The notes beneath the pieces are model-generated. The model was not told the origin of the DNA, searched no databases, and saw only the letters and a list, made by a program, of their open reading frames with translations. From contig NZ_SBIV01000002.1 in the NCBI RefSeq assembly GCF_004765795.1, positions 434,001 to 498,000 of the forward strand: DNA of 64,000 nt, given 5' to 3'. Positions 60,167 through 64,000 of this stretch are shown here, one piece after another (within the stretch, counting starts at the first letter, position 1; every line of letters starts with the position of its first letter). The position numbers were made by a program, and so were the translations under genes. This DNA is from Halorussus marinus. GTDB taxonomy: Archaea > Halobacteriota > Halobacteria > Halobacteriales > Haladaptataceae.

Positions 60167-60586
60167 ATGAGAGACAAATTAGCCGGCGGTAGCCCGATCG
60201 CGGACGGCGACCCGACGGCGACGACCCGACGGCCGGACGCCGACACGCCCCCGGTGTCACAGGACAACGTCTTCGACGCGCTGGCGTCTCGCCGGGGGAG
60301 GTACGTACTCGCCTGCGTGCGCGAGGCCGACGCGGCCGTCGACATCGAAGACGTCGTCGAGTGCGTCGCGACCTGGGAGACCGGCAAGCCGATCGATCTG
60401 GTCTCCGAGGAGCACCGCGAGCGCGTGGCCACCTCGCTGACACACACCCAACTGCCGAAGCTGTCGATGATGGGGATGGTGGAGTACGACGAGCGCGAAG
60501 GCGTGGTTCGGCGGGGGCCACACGCCGAGCAGGCCGACGCGTACCTCGACGTCGCTATCGAGCGCGACGGCAACGTCGATCTGTAA
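60167..60586 (+). CDS. Haloarchaeal winged-helix protein (DUF7344-like)
   Basis: FDALASRRGRYVL...SLTHTQLPKL...VEYD. Confidence 0.8.
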   Translation: MRDKLAGGSPIADGDPTATTRRPDADTPPVSQDNVFDALASRRGRYVLACVREADAAVDIEDVVECVATWETGKPIDLVSEEHRERVATSLTHTQLPKLSMMGMVEYDEREGVVRRGPHAEQADAYLDVAIERDGNVDL

Positions 60587-60652
60587 GCGACCTACCGGCA
60601 ACCCGCCCGTGGAGTAGGAGCGTTTTTCACGGTCGGGGCCACACCCTCTTGT

Positions 60653-61816
60653 ATGCTCGATTACGTCTCGCTGGAGGAGGACCTCGGCGAAGAAGAGCGA
60701 ATGATCCGGGACACCGCCCGACGCTTCGTCGACGAACAGGTCAAGCCCGACATCGCCGACCACTTCGAGAACGGCACCTTCCCGACCGAGCTCATCCCCG
60801 AGATGGGCGAGCTCGGGTTCTACGCGCCCAATCTGGAGGGGTACGGCTCGCCGAACGTCAGCGAGAAGGCCTACGGCCTGCTGATGCAAGAGCTCGAGGC
60901 CGGCGACTCCGGCATCCGGTCGATGGCGAGCGTGCAGGGCGCGCTCGTGATGTACCCGATCCACGCCTTCGGGAGCGAAGAACAGAAAGAGCGGTGGCTC
61001 CCCGGCCTCGGGGAGGGCGAGCTCGTGGGCTGTTTCGGGCTGACCGAGCCCGAGCACGGCTCGAACCCCTCCGGGATGGAGACCGACGCCGAGAAGGAAG
61101 GCGACGAGTACGTCCTCAACGGCTCGAAGACGTGGATCACCAACTCCCCGATCGCCGACGTGGCGATCGTGTGGGCCCGCGACCGGTCGGCCGACGACGA
61201 CCCGGTCCGGGGCTTCCTCGTGGAGACCGACCGCGACGGCGTCTCGACCAACAAGATCGACGACAAGCTCTCGATGCGGGCCTCCGTCACCGGCGAGATC
61301 GGACTCAGCAACGTCTACGTCCCCGAGGACGCCGTCCTGCCCGGCGTCGAGGGGATGAAGGGCCCGCTGTCGTGTCTGACCCAGGCGCGGTACGGCATCG
61401 CCTGGGGCGCGGTCGGCGCGGCCCGCGATAGCTTCGAGACCGCCCGCGAGTACGCCACCGAGCGCGACCAGTTCGGCGGTCCGATCGCCCGTTTCCAGAT
61501 GCAACAACAGAAGCTCGCCGAGATGGCGACCCAGATCACGACGAGCCAACTGCTCGCCCACCGGCTGGCCGACCTCAAAGAGCGGGGCGATTTGCGCCCC
61601 CAGCACGTCTCGATGGCCAAGCGCAACAACGTCCGGATGGCCCGCGACCAGTCGCGGGTCGCCCGCGAGATGCTCGGGGGCAACGGCATCACCGGCGACT
61701 ACTCGCCGATGCGCCACATGGCGAACTTGGAGACGGTGTACACCTACGAGGGCACCCACGACATCCACACCCTGATCCTCGGCGAGGACCTCACCGGCAT
61801 CGCCGCCTACGAGTAG
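60653..61816 (+). CDS. Acyl-CoA dehydrogenase, glutaryl-CoA dehydrogenase type
   Basis: SVQGALVMYPI, GCFGLTEPEHGSNP, KTWITNSP, LGGNGI, TYEGTHDIH. Confidence 0.93.
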   Translation: MLDYVSLEEDLGEEERMIRDTARRFVDEQVKPDIADHFENGTFPTELIPEMGELGFYAPNLEGYGSPNVSEKAYGLLMQELEAGDSGIRSMASVQGALVMYPIHAFGSEEQKERWLPGLGEGELVGCFGLTEPEHGSNPSGMETDAEKEGDEYVLNGSKTWITNSPIADVAIVWARDRSADDDPVRGFLVETDRDGVSTNKIDDKLSMRASVTGEIGLSNVYVPEDAVLPGVEGMKGPLSCLTQARYGIAWGAVGAARDSFETAREYATERDQFGGPIARFQMQQQKLAEMATQITTSQLLAHRLADLKERGDLRPQHVSMAKRNNVRMARDQSRVAREMLGGNGITGDYSPMRHMANLETVYTYEGTHDIHTLILGEDLTGIAAYE

Positions 61817-61922
61817 TCTCGCCGCGCCCTCCGTCGTCCGGACGCCGCGGTCGGCCCGACCGCGGAGGGGGCCCGCGGACGCGACCCAAACCGTTATTTC
61901 GCTCGGCCCGCTTCGGCCCGAC

Positions 61923-62015
61923 ATGGACGATGACACGCGTCAGAAGCTCATCTCGCTGTTCCTCGTGTTGCTGATGATCACCTCGGGCGTGGCCTACGCG
62001 GCGTCGTTCTTCTGA
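61923..62015 (+). CDS. 30-aa single-TM microprotein MDDDTRQKLISLFLVLLMITSGVAYAASFF
   Basis: AT-rich box (GTTATTT, 61893-61899) at leaderless spacing; high-GC3 codons; one TM helix. Confidence 0.65.
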   Translation: MDDDTRQKLISLFLVLLMITSGVAYAASFF

Positions 62016-62067
62016 GACCGCGACGCGCTCGCGGCGGTCGTCGCCTCGTCGGCGCTTCCTCCGGCGG

Positions 62068-63897
62068 CTACACGCTGTCGTCCCACACGTCGGCCATCGG
62101 GCTCTTTCGGTCCGAGCCGCCCGCCGAGCGCGACCGGGACCGGCCGCCGGATTCGGACTCGTCGGCCGCCCCGGCGTTCCGTGAGGACCCGGCGTCCCGC
62201 GACGGCGTGCCGGCCGACGACGACCGGCCGCCCGACCGGCGTCCCGACCCCGCGACCGACCGGCTCGCGCTCGCCGGATCGAAGGCGGGCAGGTCGGGCG
62301 CCGTCATCCGGTCGATCTGGTCGGCGAACCACGGCGGCGTGTCGCTCTCGGCCCGATCGAACACCTGCAGGAGACTCGAATCCGCGAGGTAGGTCGCGCC
62401 GTAGTCGTCGGGCGACCGGACCACCCGCCCGCAGGCCTGGATCACCGTCCGGAGCGCGGCGCGGTAGTACCACGCCCACTGGCCGGCTTCGAGCCGGTGG
62501 GCGACCCGGGAGTCGCTGGTGTTGAGAAACGGCGCCTTGCAGATGACCTGCCACCGCGCGAGGTCGCCTTTCAGGTCGAGGGCCTCCTCCATCTTGACCG
62601 AGAGGAACACCTCCTCGCCGTCGGTCGCCTTCCACGCCTCCAGTTGGGCGTCGCGGTCGTCCTTGTCGTGGAGCCGTAGCCGGTCGTCGACGCCGAACTC
62701 CCCGAGCAGGTCGGCGAGTCGCTCCTGAATCGCGTACGAGTGGGCGTGGACGATCCCCTTCTCGCCGCGGTGGGCCTGCATGATTCGGACGAGCGCGCGG
62801 GCGATATCCGGTAACGTGTCGTCGCGGTGGTCGTAGGTCATCTTCCCCTGGGTCACGTCGTACAGCGGGCGGTTCTCGACCGGGAAAGTGTGGTCCACGT
62901 CGACCAGCGCGACGTCGTCGGGGGCCAGCCCCACCTGCCGGCAGAAGGCGTCTTTGTTGAGCATCGTGGCCGACAGGAGGGCGAACTTGTTCCCGCGCTC
63001 CCAGACGGTGTGGGTGAGGTATCGCTCGGGGTTCATCGGCTTGATCGTGATTGCCGTGCCCGCGCCGTCGGGCTGGTCGACGACCCAAGTCGTCGCGCTC
63101 TCGGCGTCGCGGTAGTCCTCGACGAACCAGTCGAGTTCGCCGATCAGCTCTTGCAAGCGGTCGCGCTCGGCGGCCTCGCTCGGCTCGAGCGCCTGCTGGG
63201 CGAGAAGTTCGTCCTTGCGCCGCCGACAGACGTTGGCGAGCCGGTCGGCGTACGCTACCGCGCGGTCGAGCCCGGTGATCTCGGGCACCTTCAGGTCCTC
63301 CCAGATCGGCACGGTCCGGGGGTTCAGGTCGATGGTCGCGTACATCTCGGCCCACTCGGCGAGCCCGTGGGCCTCGTCGACGACGACCACGTCGCGTTTG
63401 CGAAACACCTCCGAGCCCGCGGTCCGCATGAAGTACGCGAGGGTCATCGCCGCGATGTCCCGGTTGCTGGCGATGGCCCGGTCCGAGAAGTACGGACACC
63501 GGTGTTTGACCGAGCAATCGTACCCCGTCTCGCGGGCGCAGGGGGCCCGATCGACGGGTGTGTCGGTCTCGTCGGGCAGGATACAGGAGTAGTTGCGCTT
63601 GCCCCGGATGATCTTGAGGTCGGTCAGGAGGTCGTCTTCGGCGACGTCGTCGAGCTGGGACACCTGCGGGGTGGTGTAGTACGCGCCGGTCGCGTCGCTC
63701 GGCGCGGCGTCGTCGGGCCGGCGGGCACAGCCCGCGATTGCCCGGGCGAGCAGGGATTTGCCGCTGCCGGTCGGCGCCCGGACCAGCACCACGTCGTTGC
63801 CGTCGGCGAACGCGTCCCGGATGTCTTCGAGCGCGGCGCGCTGCGTGCCGCGATAGGAGGGCGCCGGAAAGGCTTCGAAAATCCGCTCGGGGTTCAC
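62068..63897 (-). CDS. XPD/Rad3/DinG-family DEAH helicase
   Basis: APTGSGKS, four Cys (likely Fe-S), VVDEAH, LLSAT, QACGRVVR; GTG start. Confidence 0.92.
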   Translation of the reverse strand: MNPERIFEAFPAPSYRGTQRAALEDIRDAFADGNDVVLVRAPTGSGKSLLARAIAGCARRPDDAAPSDATGAYYTTPQVSQLDDVAEDDLLTDLKIIRGKRNYSCILPDETDTPVDRAPCARETGYDCSVKHRCPYFSDRAIASNRDIAAMTLAYFMRTAGSEVFRKRDVVVVDEAHGLAEWAEMYATIDLNPRTVPIWEDLKVPEITGLDRAVAYADRLANVCRRRKDELLAQQALEPSEAAERDRLQELIGELDWFVEDYRDAESATTWVVDQPDGAGTAITIKPMNPERYLTHTVWERGNKFALLSATMLNKDAFCRQVGLAPDDVALVDVDHTFPVENRPLYDVTQGKMTYDHRDDTLPDIARALVRIMQAHRGEKGIVHAHSYAIQERLADLLGEFGVDDRLRLHDKDDRDAQLEAWKATDGEEVFLSVKMEEALDLKGDLARWQVICKAPFLNTSDSRVAHRLEAGQWAWYYRAALRTVIQACGRVVRSPDDYGATYLADSSLLQVFDRAESDTPPWFADQIDRMTAPDLPAFDPASASRSVAGSGRRSGGRSSSAGTPSRDAGSSRNAGAADESESGGRSRSRSAGGSDRKSPMADVWDDSV

Positions 63898-64000
63898 TGT
63901 CGGAGGGGACGGGAGCCGGGAGCCTAAAGCCACCGGAACCGCCGGTCGGCCGCCCCGGCTCGCCCCGGGCCGGCCGTCACGCCCGATCGAGCGCGGCCAC

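Noticed and set aside
1..64000. Many long Arg/Gly/Pro-rich or antisense ORFs in the six-frame track (e.g. 988-2073, 29457-31712, 33699-36035, 51313-53118)
   Set aside because: Shadow frames of high-GC genes: they overlap well-supported acidic proteins and have no recognisable motifs.

Overview
GC-rich chromosomal window from a halophilic archaeon (class Halobacteria), inferred from the acidic proteins, Tat lipoproteins and mostly leaderless genes with a TATA box about 25-31 nt upstream of the start codon. It is mainly core housekeeping DNA: tyrS 3' end, aIF-1A/rio1/dim2, thermosome, lrp-glnA, trm1, hisH, UDG, rpl40e, tsr3, PCNA, rlmE, two tatC, larE/larB, a MutS-like ATPase, orc1/cdc6, rpiA, a histone-fold protein, SAMP2, RFC and alaS. 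Probable accessory modules are trpS with its leader, phnDCE, tupABC plus a ModE-like regulator, a MacB-type ABC pair and a P450. I saw no rRNA, tRNA, CRISPR array, transposase or intein. Best findings: (1) a leaderless 19-aa uORF containing W-R-W, with competing RNA helices, directly upstream of trpS, which looks like a ribosome-mediated Trp attenuator in an archaeon; (2) an unannotated ~100-nt structured RNA candidate with two hairpins sharing an identical loop, between tatC and larE; (3) a GCGAAGC-hairpin palindromic element present both intergenically and in frame inside the phosphohexomutase gene; (4) SAMP2 fused past its di-Gly to a redoxin-like domain; (5) a ModE-type box over the tupA start; (6) two adjacent, apparently catalytically degenerate enzymes. 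All calls come from reading the sequence and from family knowledge. No searches or folding programs were run.
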